Source: Candidatus Colwellbacteria bacterium CG10_big_fil_rev_8_21_14_0_10_42_22
Lineage (GTDB): Bacteria > Patescibacteriota > Minisyncoccia > UBA6257 > Colwellbacteraceae
NCBI GenBank assembly: GCA_002773725.1
Contig: PFAH01000010.1
Span: 1-57,941, forward strand
Direction: 5' to 3'
DNA length: 57,941 nt
Shown: piece by piece, positions 18,748 to 28,760 of the stretch
Numbering within the stretch: the stretch's first letter is position 1
Layout: each line of letters opens with the position of its first letter
Position numbers and translations under genes: made by a program
The notes under the pieces: model-generated
Seen by the model: only the letters and a program-made list of their open reading frames with translations
Database searches by the model: none
What the model was told of the DNA's origin: nothing

Positions 18748-19590
18748 TTATTCGATTTTTTTCTCTTTTGTTTTATTTACTAAGCTAATTTTTTCTTTTT
18801 GAATTTTGGGCTCTTCTTTAACGATTGGCATTTTTGCCTTTGCCTCCAGAACCATTTCCTTTACCCGATTTATTATAAAGTCCATCGCCTTTTTATTGCG
18901 ATCGTTAGCTGGGATAATCCTATCCACCAATGTTGGATCAGAATCGGTATTTACAACCCCCACTACAGTCGCCCCAATCTCGCGCGCCTCTTTAGCAGCA
19001 ATTTCATTGTTTTTAAGGTCGGCTATAAAAACCAGTGTGGGTAAACGATCTAAATTCTCTATCCCACCAAAAAGTCTTTCTAGTTTGGCAAGCTCTCTTT
19101 CAAGTTCTAGTTTTTCTTTCTTTGTATATTTATCGAGCTCCCCACTTGCCTTATCAGCTTTTAACTTTTTAAGATATTTAATTCTTTTAGAAATGGTTTC
19201 GAAGTTAGTGAGTGTTCCTCCAAGCCACCTTTCAACAACATGAGGTATATCAAGTTCAATAGCTGAATCTTTAATAGCAGTTTTAACTGAAGGACTTGTG
19301 CCCACAAACATGACTAATCCCTGTTTACTAATAGCGTCTTCTATTAATGCCCCGGTCTTTTTAAGGGCGGAATAGGTCTTTCTTAGATTGATTACACCAA
19401 AACCTGATCTGTTACTTAAAATATATGGCTTCATCTTAGGGTTGGTCCTCGATTTAGAACCACCATAAAAGACGCCCAAATCCATCATCTCTTGCACAAG
19501 CTGTGCTTCTTGGGGATCTAGGGTTTCGATTAGTTGTTCCATGCCATTTGAAACCTTATCTTCTTTTGTAACAACCTGTTTGTCTTCCAT
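18748..19590 (-). CDS. rpsB: 30S ribosomal protein S2
   Basis: ERWLGGTLTNF, LERLFGGI, DTDSDP and IPAND motifs; start trimmed to MEDKQ. Confidence 0.96.
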   Translation of the reverse strand: MEDKQVVTKEDKVSNGMEQLIETLDPQEAQLVQEMMDLGVFYGGSKSRTNPKMKPYILSNRSGFGVINLRKTYSALKKTGALIEDAISKQGLVMFVGTSPSVKTAIKDSAIELDIPHVVERWLGGTLTNFETISKRIKYLKKLKADKASGELDKYTKKEKLELERELAKLERLFGGIENLDRLPTLVFIADLKNNEIAAKEAREIGATVVGVVNTDSDPTLVDRIIPANDRNKKAMDFIINRVKEMVLEAKAKMPIVKEEPKIQKEKISLVNKTKEKKIE

Positions 19591-19640
19591 AAGTTGCGAG
19601 CCCAAGGATATCATTAAAAAACTCTTCGGGCAAGATTCCT

Positions 19641-20318
19641 TCAAGCCCTACGGTGTTTTTTTCTCCATTCCTCTATTTTCTTATGATTGCCCGATACAAG
19701 CTCCTTGGGAACACTGTACCGCCCATCTTTGTATTCATAAACCTCGGGTCGAGTAAATACGGGCACCCCCACACCTAGACGCCTCTCTTCTAAGGAGAAC
19801 TCTTTGCCTAAAACACCTTTTATTTGTCGAGATATGGCATCCACTATTACCATAGCTGGCACCTCTCCTCCGGTTAATACGTATGGGCCTACAGAGATTT
19901 TCTCCACACTTAAACCTAATCCTTTTTTACTTTTAAGAATCCTGATAACCCTTTCATCTATACCTTCATATCTTCCAGCGATAATAATTAAATGTTTTGA
20001 ACTTTTTGCTAATTGAGATGCTATCTTATTATTAAATTGCTTACCCGAGGCGTCTGTTAAAAGGATTTTTACGGAATTTTTGGGCTTACCTTTCAAGATA
20101 TACTCTATAGCCCTCATCAAGGGCTCAACGCTTACCACCATGCCTGGCCCTCCGCCGTATGCTTTGTCATCTACCTTTTTGTGTTTGTCGTTAGCAAAAT
20201 CACGTAAGTTATAAAGTTTTATTTTAATAATTCCCTTTTGAAAGGCCTTACCTAAAACAGATTCTTTAAAATAGGGTTCTATTACTTCTGGGAAGATTGT
20301 TAAAATATGAAATGTCAT
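19641..20318 (-). CDS. trmD: tRNA (guanine-N1)-methyltransferase
   Basis: VDDKAYGGGPGMV, GRYEGIDER and SVGPYVLTGGE motifs. Confidence 0.97.
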   Translation of the reverse strand: MTFHILTIFPEVIEPYFKESVLGKAFQKGIIKIKLYNLRDFANDKHKKVDDKAYGGGPGMVVSVEPLMRAIEYILKGKPKNSVKILLTDASGKQFNNKIASQLAKSSKHLIIIAGRYEGIDERVIRILKSKKGLGLSVEKISVGPYVLTGGEVPAMVIVDAISRQIKGVLGKEFSLEERRLGVGVPVFTRPEVYEYKDGRYSVPKELVSGNHKKIEEWRKKHRRA

Positions 20319-20336
20319 TTGAAAACGAGTTTATCA

Positions 20337-20364
20337 CAAAACCCGCCCTAAAGGGCGGGTTTTG
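20337..20364. terminator. Intrinsic terminator after khpA
   Basis: CAAAACCCGCCC-TAAA-GGGCGGGTTTTG. Confidence 0.85.
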
Positions 20365-20383
20365 TTAATCCAAATTTCTTTGA

Positions 20384-20800
20384 TTACAGATCTTTCTTGA
20401 TGTCATCAATAACTTTCCCTACTGCGGTTCCGCTCAAAGTATCAACCTCACTCTCTGGTTTTTCTACCTTGTTGGTAGATAGGCCTGCTGAAGATTCTTC
20501 ACGACGATAGGGTCTTTCTTCTCTTTCCTTTGATGGAGCACGTCTTCCGCCCTCTGGCTCTTCAATCTTTAGATTAACGCGGGCATTGCTTTTAATGCCC
20601 ACGATCTTCAAAAGAGACCTTATGGCTTTAGCGGTACTTCCTTGTCTGCCAACAACCTGCCCCATATCTTTGGAATTCACCTTGAGAGTCAGAAGAACGC
20701 CCATTTCATCAATCTGACGACTGACTTGAACATCTTCCGGGTTATCAACAATGGACTTAACTACGTATTCAAGAAACTGTTCGTCCTGATATTCTGCCAT
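20384..20800 (-). CDS. khpA: KH-domain RNA-binding protein KhpA
   Basis: DMGQVVGRQGSTAKAIR GxxG motif; follows rpsP. Confidence 0.9.
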   Translation of the reverse strand: MAEYQDEQFLEYVVKSIVDNPEDVQVSRQIDEMGVLLTLKVNSKDMGQVVGRQGSTAKAIRSLLKIVGIKSNARVNLKIEEPEGGRRAPSKEREERPYRREESSAGLSTNKVEKPESEVDTLSGTAVGKVIDDIKKDL

Positions 20801-20844
20801 TCTCTCTTATCTTGTCTTCTCTTTACCGACCTTTTAATTGTTAA

Positions 20845-21279
20845 CTAATCTTCTTTTGGTTTTTCCTGCTCCACCACCTCATCACCAGATGACACATCAT
20901 CTGCTTTTTGTGGTTCTGTGGGAGGTGTCTTTTCGGCCTCACCCTGTTCTTGGGTTTCAGTAGGTGCTGGTGTGGGCGCTTCAGCCCTCAATTTCTCTTT
21001 CTTCTTTTTCTTGGGATTTTTCCTGTTCTCGTAATCCTGAATTTCCGAACTCTCTTTGGCTTTTTTGATTATCTTCTCAGCGCTCTCTGTGGGTCGAGCG
21101 CCGTCTCCTAGCCATTTTTTGAGTTTTTCTTGGTCAATTTTGACTTGATTAGAGTGTGGATTATACCAACCTAAATCGTCTACAAATTTGCCATTGAGTT
21201 TGGCTTTTTTTTCCTGAACAATCACCCTGAAAGAATGTTGTCCCTTTTTTCCGATTAACTTTAATTTTACAGCTAACAT
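20845..21279 (-). CDS. rpsP: 30S ribosomal protein S16 with C-terminal extension
   Basis: GKKGQHSFRVIV, DDLGWYNP, WLGDGARPTE; start trimmed to MLAVK. Confidence 0.93.
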   Translation of the reverse strand: MLAVKLKLIGKKGQHSFRVIVQEKKAKLNGKFVDDLGWYNPHSNQVKIDQEKLKKWLGDGARPTESAEKIIKKAKESSEIQDYENRKNPKKKKKEKLRAEAPTPAPTETQEQGEAEKTPPTEPQKADDVSSGDEVVEQEKPKED

Positions 21280-21318
21280 AAGCTCTGCCAATGATATTTA
21301 TTTAAAGCCCTAAGGTCA

Positions 21319-21398
21319 ACCCCGTAGTAGAAATTGGACGCTCTTTTTTAGCTAGGGCCGATCAGAGATGGGCCCCTAGTTCAATTTTTTGCTACTAG
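21319..21398. repeat. REP-like composite palindrome between smc and the rpsP promoter
   Basis: AGTAG..AAATTG/CAATTT..CTACT outer arms, inner CTAGGG..CC/GG..CCCTAG; shares GTCAACCCCGT with 4790-4800. Confidence 0.6.
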
Positions 21399-23539
21399 GT
21401 TAACTTCAGCGACACCAATTTCGAAGTGCCATCGTTTGACATGGTTACGCCGTAAAGAACATCGGCTGCCTCCATAGTGGCTCGATTGTGTGTCACAATC
21501 ACAAACTGGGTCTTGTGTGAGAACTCTTTTAGAATTTCCCCAAAACGCTTGGCGTTCCTTTCGTCAAGAGCTGCATCGACTTCGTCTAAAAAGAGAAATG
21601 GTGGGGCGCTGATAGAAATCAAAGAGAAGAGGGCTGCTATGGAAACGAGGGCTCTTTCTCCTCCGGACAACACCTCTAGGCCTTTGATCTTTTTCTTAGG
21701 TAAAACTATATCTACCAATACCCCCGGAGATATAACTTCTTCTTCTCTAAATATCTCTCCGTAGGCGTCGGGTGAACCATCTTCGATGGTTTTAGCTCCT
21801 TCATCGCTTTTCTTTGGTTTAATTTTCTCTAATTTCAAACTGGCCTTGCCTCCCCCAAACACCATTTGGACAAGCTTATTAAACTCCTTATCTATCTTCT
21901 CTATGGCCATATTGAATTCGTTATGAATTCTACTATCTAATTCCGTAATGAGTTTTTTGAGATCCGCTATTGCTTTTTCTAAATCTTCTATCTGGCTAGT
22001 CAAGAATGTGTGACGCTCCTCTGCGTCTTGCGCCTCTTTGACGATTGACTCGTCAACTTCACCAATACTTGCCAGTTGAGAACGAAATCGGAGCATCTTT
22101 TGCCTAATCTCGTCATTTGATAAATTTAATTTCTTTGTCTCTTTTTTAAATGAATCTTTGGAACGTCCTATTTGTTTGAGCTCATCTAATAAACTCTCAA
22201 GGCGTGCCTTTAGGCGTTCTCTTTTGATTAAATACTCATTTTTCTTGGCTAAAAGTTCGCTTATCTTGTGCTGTTGTTTAGCAACTATCTCATAAGCATG
22301 TGAAAAGTTTTCATTAAAACCTTGTAGGCCTTCGTTAAGTTTTTGTTCGTTCCTTTTCAACGATTCTATCTCCTCAATAATTTTTTTAATTCTTGCTTGG
22401 ATATCTACTTGCTGTTTCTGGAACTCACCTTTATCCGACTTTTTTGCTCCCCCCAAAGATTCTATTAAATGAACTATTTCTTCGAGTCCCGTTTTAATTT
22501 CCGCCAAACCCTCTTGCTTAATCAACCTTTTAGATATTTCTTTAATTTTTTCTAAAACTTTCTTGGATTCAGCCGGATTTAAATTATTTTGGTCTGTGGC
22601 TAACTCTAGGCGGACTTCGATCTTCCCAAGCTCAAGCTGAAGATCTGCTCTCTGCTTATATAACTCGTCTTCTTTTTTCTTGATTTTTTGAAGATCTTGA
22701 GCAGATTTTGGTTCTGATTCTTTTATGTCGTTCAAATTCTTTTCGAGTAAAGTGAGTTTCTCCTCCTCTTCTTTTAATAAATCCTCTGTTGCTTCTTGCT
22801 CTTTATTAATCTCTATTAAACCTTTTTCCAGTTCTTCAAGTTGGAATCCGTAAAAGAAATCCTCCAAATCTAGAAGTTCTTTTTCTACATCATCTCTGCC
22901 CTCATAACGTTTTACTTGACGTCTCAAAAGCCGAAGGTGTGGCCCTAACTCTTCTATGAGGGCCTTAGCTTTATCAAGGTTGTTGATAGTGTTTCTAAGC
23001 TTTCTTTGACTTTCTGATTTTTTAATTTGGTATTCCTTCAACCCTAAGATCTCTTCTATCATTTCTCTCCTCTCTCCGGGAGATGCCTTAATAAACACGT
23101 CGCTCTCACCCTGAGAAATGATGGTGAGTCCCCTGGCGCCTACTTTGGATTTGGCAAAAAACTCTATAACATCTTTGAGGCGAACCTCGGATTTATTGAT
23201 ATAAAAATTGGAATTGCCATCCCTGTTAATCTTTCTCGATATAGCGACATCTTTATATTCAACCGGAAAGAAACCGCTTACATTGTTGAAATGAAGGGTA
23301 GCTTGAGCCTGACCAGCACGAGCTTTGTCTTTAGTACCGGCAAATATTAAATCCTCGCCCTTACCTCCTCGAAGGTTTCTGGCATCTCTCTCACCCAAAA
23401 GCCAACGAATACTGTCTGTTACGTTTGATTTACCTGATCCATTAGGACCCACGATGCCCGTAACTCGATGACTTAAATCTAAAGTGGTTTTGTCGGCAAA
23501 TGACTTGAACCCTTGCAACTCTAATCGTTTCAATAACAT
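21395..23539 (-). CDS. smc: SMC-family ATPase (short, no recognisable hinge)
   Basis: GPNGSGKSN, LSGGE, LDEVDAALD, VTHN; only 714 aa. Confidence 0.9.
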   Translation of the reverse strand: MLLKRLELQGFKSFADKTTLDLSHRVTGIVGPNGSGKSNVTDSIRWLLGERDARNLRGGKGEDLIFAGTKDKARAGQAQATLHFNNVSGFFPVEYKDVAISRKINRDGNSNFYINKSEVRLKDVIEFFAKSKVGARGLTIISQGESDVFIKASPGERREMIEEILGLKEYQIKKSESQRKLRNTINNLDKAKALIEELGPHLRLLRRQVKRYEGRDDVEKELLDLEDFFYGFQLEELEKGLIEINKEQEATEDLLKEEEEKLTLLEKNLNDIKESEPKSAQDLQKIKKKEDELYKQRADLQLELGKIEVRLELATDQNNLNPAESKKVLEKIKEISKRLIKQEGLAEIKTGLEEIVHLIESLGGAKKSDKGEFQKQQVDIQARIKKIIEEIESLKRNEQKLNEGLQGFNENFSHAYEIVAKQQHKISELLAKKNEYLIKRERLKARLESLLDELKQIGRSKDSFKKETKKLNLSNDEIRQKMLRFRSQLASIGEVDESIVKEAQDAEERHTFLTSQIEDLEKAIADLKKLITELDSRIHNEFNMAIEKIDKEFNKLVQMVFGGGKASLKLEKIKPKKSDEGAKTIEDGSPDAYGEIFREEEVISPGVLVDIVLPKKKIKGLEVLSGGERALVSIAALFSLISISAPPFLFLDEVDAALDERNAKRFGEILKEFSHKTQFVIVTHNRATMEAADVLYGVTMSNDGTSKLVSLKLT

Positions 23540-23562
23540 GAGAGATTGACGGAATGCTTTTT

Positions 23563-24249
23563 CTAATTTTTTATCTTGGCAAAATACTTCTCGGCTGCAT
23601 CCAACTCCGCCTCCTGTTTAGAAGGTCCTTCTCCTTGTGATTTCAATTCTTCTTCAAAGTAGAGACCCACTTTGAAATGCCTGTCATGGGCGGGACCAGA
23701 TTCGTCTAATACTTCATAAGTGGGTGTTATTTTATATTGTGCTTGGGCATGCTCCTGAACTAAACTTTTAGCGTCTTTGCCCCCTCCTTCAACAACCGTG
23801 TCTAAGTTAGTGAGGATTTGATTCTCGATAAAACTTTTGGCCTTATCGTATCCTAGGTCTAAATAAATAGCTCCAATTAATGCCTCTACAACATTAGCGG
23901 AAATACTTTCGCGCCCCTTACCATTACTATCTTTGGCTTCGCCTTTAGAGAGAAGAAGTATTTTGTCTAGGCCAATCTTTTTAGCAACTCCTGCCAAGGC
24001 CTTGGTGTTTACTAGGGCTGCCCTAAAGACGGTTAACCTTCCCTCCTCTTCGTCGGGTAGGCGTTTATATATCTCTTCTGTAACGGCTAATTCTAAAACT
24101 GCATCTCCTAAGAATTCTAAGCGTTCGTTGTTGTGATGAGGCCAACTTGGGTTTTCATTTAAATAAGATCTATGAGTAAGCGCCTCTTCATAAAAAGAAA
24201 TTCTTCTAAACTCTATGCCGATTTTCTCCTGAAGTTTTTTAAGATTCAT
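23563..24249 (-). CDS. rnc: Ribonuclease III
   Basis: [12 protein letters not shown] motif and C-terminal dsRBD. Confidence 0.98.
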   Translation of the reverse strand: MNLKKLQEKIGIEFRRISFYEEALTHRSYLNENPSWPHHNNERLEFLGDAVLELAVTEEIYKRLPDEEEGRLTVFRAALVNTKALAGVAKKIGLDKILLLSKGEAKDSNGKGRESISANVVEALIGAIYLDLGYDKAKSFIENQILTNLDTVVEGGGKDAKSLVQEHAQAQYKITPTYEVLDESGPAHDRHFKVGLYFEEELKSQGEGPSKQEAELDAAEKYFAKIKN

Positions 24250-24703
24250 CTTCTCTTGGCCTTGATTTTTCGGGATTCTTGTCCGGCTCCCCTATTTCTC
24301 TATAAACCGTTCCCATCACTCCATTTATAAACTTACCTGAATTATGCCCTCCATATGTCTTGGCTAATTCAATGGCTTCATTGATAGCAACACGGGGCGG
24401 AACTTCTTCTCGATTTGCATACAAAAGTTCATAAAGCCCGATTCGCAGGGCATTTCTGTCTATGATGGGCAGTTTATCTATGGGCCAATCGGGGGCGGAT
24501 GTCTCAATAATCTTGTCCAGCTCGTCTATTTTTGAGACCACTCCTTGGGCCAAGTTTTCTACAAATTCTTTCTCGGTGAAGCCGGGAGCAAACTCTTCCA
24601 AATTTCGCTCAAGGACATCTTCTATCTTTTCTTTCCTACCATAAAAATCCCATTCATAAAGGGATTGTATGACTACTCCTCTGCCTAACTGTCTGGTCGC
24701 CAT
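24239..24703 (-). CDS. nusB: Antitermination factor NusB
   Basis: [20 protein letters not shown] and FINGVMG motifs. Confidence 0.97.
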   Translation of the reverse strand: MATRQLGRGVVIQSLYEWDFYGRKEKIEDVLERNLEEFAPGFTEKEFVENLAQGVVSKIDELDKIIETSAPDWPIDKLPIIDRNALRIGLYELLYANREEVPPRVAINEAIELAKTYGGHNSGKFINGVMGTVYREIGEPDKNPEKSRPREDES

Positions 24704-24731
24704 CTGGTTTTAATGGTACTTGGGGGGGCTC

Positions 24732-24896
24732 TTAATTCTTTGCTTTTTTATATTCTCCACAATTTGAGCAAACTCTGTGTGGTAGAGCGGGAGCTTTACA
24801 ACTAGCACAAATCTGAACGTTGGTTTTCTTAAGTGCTTGATGAGAGCGTCGTCTACCTACCTTTGATTTAGTGTGGTGTCTTTTTGGTTCTGGCAT
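24732..24896 (-). CDS. rpmF: 50S ribosomal protein L32 (zinc-binding form; missed by the ORF track)
   Basis: Manual translation: MPEPKRHHTKSKVGRRRSHQALKKTNVQICASCKAPALPHRVCSNCGEYKKAKN. Confidence 0.93.
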   Translation of the reverse strand: MPEPKRHHTKSKVGRRRSHQALKKTNVQICASCKAPALPHRVCSNCGEYKKAKN

Positions 24897-24908
24897 TTTT
24901 TCTAGTGA

Positions 24909-25514
24909 TTAGTTTTTAATTTTTTCCTTTAAAAATGTCAAACGGTGCATCTCAAGGATACCATGCTCTTTAATAGCTTTGAAGTGTGCTTTTGTGCCGT
25001 ATCCCTTATGGCGTGCTAGACCATATTGTGGATATCGAAAATCTAGCTTCTCCAAGTATTTATCACGCGTTACTTTGGCGACTATCGAAGCCAATTTTAT
25101 GGGGTTATGCTTTTCATCTCCACGTACGATAGTTTTAGAAGCTATGCCCATATGCTCAATACTCCCCAAATAAAGACCCCCATCTAGTAAAACTTTGCTT
25201 ACTCTTTTTCTAGGGATTTCCTTAAAGAGATTATCTAGAGCACGACTGGCAGCAACATTGGAGCTTTGTGTGATATTTATCTTATCAATCCTCCTCTGAT
25301 ATACGCGCGCACTAGCAAAAAATATCTGGGGGTGCTTACGAATATAGGTATACCACAAGCTCCGCTGATTAGCCGACAGACCTTTTGAATCTTTAAGTTT
25401 GGGTAATTTATATCCTGATATTTTGAATCCTTTTGGTATAGCTACAACGCCAACCACCACCGGTCCGGCTAGTGCTCCCCTACCCGCTTCATCTATACCC
25501 ACAATGTAATCCAT
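24909..25514 (-). CDS. rnhB: Ribonuclease HII
   Basis: GIDEAGRGALAGP, KDSK, ASIVAKVTRD and HKGYGT motifs. Confidence 0.96.
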   Translation of the reverse strand: MDYIVGIDEAGRGALAGPVVVGVVAIPKGFKISGYKLPKLKDSKGLSANQRSLWYTYIRKHPQIFFASARVYQRRIDKINITQSSNVAASRALDNLFKEIPRKRVSKVLLDGGLYLGSIEHMGIASKTIVRGDEKHNPIKLASIVAKVTRDKYLEKLDFRYPQYGLARHKGYGTKAHFKAIKEHGILEMHRLTFLKEKIKN

Positions 25515-25574
25515 TTCCTGCCTTTAAGTTTAGAGCAGGGTCGGTATAATTTGAAACGAGCACATCTTTAGAAT

Positions 25575-28500
25575 ATGTCTAAATTTATTCACCTACACAC
25601 GCACAGTCATTACTCCCTTCTAGACGGACTTTCTAAAATTGATGATTTGATCAAGAAGGCGAAGGAGTTGAAAATGGATTCCTTAGCTCTTACGGATCAT
25701 GGCAATCTGTATGGTTCCGTAGAGTTTTATCAGAAAGCTAAAAAGGCGGGCGTTAAGCCCATTATCGGCGTAGAGGCATATATGGCAGAACGCACTCGGC
25801 ACGACAAAGAACCGGGCAAAGATTCCAGTCGCTACCACCTCACGCTTTTGGTTAAGAACAAGGTTGGTTATTTAAACCTTGTTCAATTAATCACTAAGTC
25901 GTACCTAGAAGGTTTTTACTATAAGCCCCGCATCGACAAAGAACTCCTTGAGAAACATAAGGAAGGTTTGATTTGTATGTCTGGATGCCCTGCTGGAGAG
26001 TTAAGTCGCGCTATAGAACACGGTAAACGAGATGAAGCGATTAGAATCGCAAAATATTACAGCCGGGTTTTTGGAGATGACTACTATATAGAAATCCAAC
26101 CCCAAACTAAGTTTAACCAAAAGGGCCTAGTGGAAGTTGCCCAAGAGCTCGGAATCAAAACTGTTGCCACTCAAGATTCACACTTTATAGAAAAAGAGGA
26201 TCAACCCACTCACGATGTATTATTGGCCATTCAAACGGGTAATAAGATTGATGACGAAGATAGATTTAACTTTGGTGGATACATGGCCTTCTTCGCTTCT
26301 TATGATGAAATGTTTGAACTTTTTAAAGAGGGCGAGCAAGCCATTACGGATTCGCAGGCAAAAACAGCGATTGAAAACACCCCAGATGTTGCCAATAAAT
26401 GCGATTTTGAATTTGAATTAGGAAAAATCCATTTACCTAGATATCCCTTACCCCAAGGAGAATCAGATAGTTTCGAATACCTCAAAAAACTGGTTAATGA
26501 AGGCGTTAAATTCAGGTTTGGCAAAGAGACGTCTCAAATTAAAGAAAGATTAACTCACGAACTTTCTATCATTCAAGAAACGGGCTATGCCGACTATTTT
26601 CTAATCGTGCAAGATATGGTCAACTGGGCAAAAGATCGAGGCATCATGGTGGGGCCGGGCAGAGGCAGTGCTGCGGGTAGTTTGGTTTCGTATGTCTTGA
26701 ACATCACCGAAGTTGATCCACTCAAGTACGATCTGCTTTTTGAAAGGTTCTTAAACCCGGAAAGAAACGAAATGCCTGATATAGATTTGGACTTTGCCGA
26801 TAACAGACGCGATGAAGTTTTTGGATACTTGCGAGAAAAATATGGCACCGATCACGTTGCTCAAATTATTACATTTGGAACTATGGCCGCCCGCCAAGCG
26901 GTTAGAGATGCGGGTCGAGCTATGGGCATCCCCTACTCCTTCTGCGATCAAATTGCCAAACTTATTCCTTTTAACCCAAACCAAGGTAAGGGCGAGATTC
27001 AAAAATATCTAAAAACAACCCCTGAACTAAAACAGATTTATGATTCCGATAAACAGGCAAAAGATCTACTTGATATGGCGTCTAACCTGGAAGGAGTGGC
27101 TCGTCACGCTTCGGTTCATGCCTGTGGAACGGTGGTCACCGAGAAGCCGGTTACTAACTATCTACCTCTACAAAACGCCCCCCAAGACGACAAGACCATC
27201 ATCACCCAAATAGAGATGCATGGTGTGGAGGATCTGGGACTCTTGAAAATCGATTTATTAGGGCTTAGGAATCTAACCATCATCCAGGAGACAATCCGTT
27301 TGGTCAGAGAAATGAAGGATGAAGAAATCAAGGTTTCTAAAATTCCTTTGGATGATGAAAAAACATTTACATTCTTAAAAACCGGTGAGACGGCCGGCGT
27401 CTTCCAGTTTGAATCTTCTGGGATGCGCAGATATATGAAAGATATAAAACCTTCTGAGCTTGAGGACTTAGTGGCGTTGGTCGCTCTCTATCGCCCCGGT
27501 CCTATTGAACTTATTCCCTCATACATTAAGAGAAAGTTTGGCGAAGAGAAAGTCACGTATATTCACCCTTCTTTAGAGCCCATCTTAAACAAAACATACG
27601 GCATCGGTGTCTACCAAGAACAAATGATGAGAATTGCGACTGACCTAGCTGGCTACACCCTACCAGAAGCCGATACTCTTCGAAAAGCTATTGGTAAAAA
27701 GATTCAGAAACTTTTGGATGAACAAAAAGAAAAACTAACAGCTGGGTTAATTAAAAATGGTATAGATGAAAAAACGGCTGGAAAGATCTGGGATCTTTTC
27801 CCACCCTTCGCTCGCTACGGCTTCAATCGTTCTCATGCTGTGGCGTATGCTCTTATCGGCTACTGGACGGCCTATCTTAAAGCCCATTATCCAGAAGAGT
27901 TCACAACCTCTCTTCTCAATCACGCTGGTAATGATATTGAGCGAATTGCCTTTTTCATCCAAGAGGCCAACAGGATGAATATTCAAGTTCTGCCTCCCGA
28001 CATCAATTTAAGCGTGGCGCACTTTGCTCCTGAGGGAGAAAATATTCGCTTTGGTTTGTCGGCTATCAAAAACGTAGGGTTAGCCCTAACGGAAAAGTTG
28101 GTTGAAGAGCGCCAAAAGGGTGGTCCATTTGAAGGATTGGCTGATTTTGCAATGCGTACTCGTGTTCACGGCCTCAATAAAAAAGGGATGGAATCTTTGA
28201 TTATGAGCGGTGCCCTTGATTCGTTTGGTATAGACAGAATGACGGCTCTTGAGAATATGGATACTGTTCTCAAAGCCGCCGGTGAGAAAAACGGCAATAA
28301 TGGCAGTCAGGGACTTTTTGGAGGAGTTCATAAATTTGAGGTAAAGCTTCAGCCAGCTTCCCGTCAAGCTAGCAAATCGGAGACCTTAACCTGGGAAAAA
28401 GAGCTCTTAGGTCTCTATATTACAGAACATCCCCTTAAAAGATATCTAGAGAATGTTAATCCAGATTTTGTTAAAACCATCAAGAGCGTAAAAGCGGATG

Positions 28501-28760
28501 CAAAAGATGGGTCTATGGTTAAAATCTGTGGAATAGTGGGACCGGTGCGCAAAATTGTAACTAAAAACAATCAACTAATGGCTTTTGCCACTATCGAAGA
28601 TTTGGGCGATACTATAGAGGTGTTGGTTTTCTCTGACGTATTGTCTAAAACCGGCAGTTTGTGGGAGAGCAATAAGGCGATTCACATATCTGGTAGAGTT
28701 TCTCTCCGTGATGGTGAAGCAAAAATTATATGCCAAAACGTAAAAGAAATAACTCTGTAG
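25575..28760 (+). CDS. dnaE: DNA polymerase III alpha subunit
   Basis: PHP domain (HLHTHS, TDHG), GRGSAAGS, PDIDLD, YGFNRSHA, OB fold. Confidence 0.98.
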   Translation: MSKFIHLHTHSHYSLLDGLSKIDDLIKKAKELKMDSLALTDHGNLYGSVEFYQKAKKAGVKPIIGVEAYMAERTRHDKEPGKDSSRYHLTLLVKNKVGYLNLVQLITKSYLEGFYYKPRIDKELLEKHKEGLICMSGCPAGELSRAIEHGKRDEAIRIAKYYSRVFGDDYYIEIQPQTKFNQKGLVEVAQELGIKTVATQDSHFIEKEDQPTHDVLLAIQTGNKIDDEDRFNFGGYMAFFASYDEMFELFKEGEQAITDSQAKTAIENTPDVANKCDFEFELGKIHLPRYPLPQGESDSFEYLKKLVNEGVKFRFGKETSQIKERLTHELSIIQETGYADYFLIVQDMVNWAKDRGIMVGPGRGSAAGSLVSYVLNITEVDPLKYDLLFERFLNPERNEMPDIDLDFADNRRDEVFGYLREKYGTDHVAQIITFGTMAARQAVRDAGRAMGIPYSFCDQIAKLIPFNPNQGKGEIQKYLKTTPELKQIYDSDKQAKDLLDMASNLEGVARHASVHACGTVVTEKPVTNYLPLQNAPQDDKTIITQIEMHGVEDLGLLKIDLLGLRNLTIIQETIRLVREMKDEEIKVSKIPLDDEKTFTFLKTGETAGVFQFESSGMRRYMKDIKPSELEDLVALVALYRPGPIELIPSYIKRKFGEEKVTYIHPSLEPILNKTYGIGVYQEQMMRIATDLAGYTLPEADTLRKAIGKKIQKLLDEQKEKLTAGLIKNGIDEKTAGKIWDLFPPFARYGFNRSHAVAYALIGYWTAYLKAHYPEEFTTSLLNHAGNDIERIAFFIQEANRMNIQVLPPDINLSVAHFAPEGENIRFGLSAIKNVGLALTEKLVEERQKGGPFEGLADFAMRTRVHGLNKKGMESLIMSGALDSFGIDRMTALENMDTVLKAAGEKNGNNGSQGLFGGVHKFEVKLQPASRQASKSETLTWEKELLGLYITEHPLKRYLENVNPDFVKTIKSVKADAKDGSMVKICGIVGPVRKIVTKNNQLMAFATIEDLGDTIEVLVFSDVLSKTGSLWESNKAIHISGRVSLRDGEAKIICQNVKEITL

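Noticed and set aside
21756-21775. Coding REP in the smc linker (SPDAYG)
   Set aside because: Only a 3-bp stem, in a naturally variable acidic linker.
24722-24728. Phase-variable G7 tract upstream of nusB (and G8 near 36720)
   Set aside because: Short, intergenic, and not between recognisable -35/-10 boxes.
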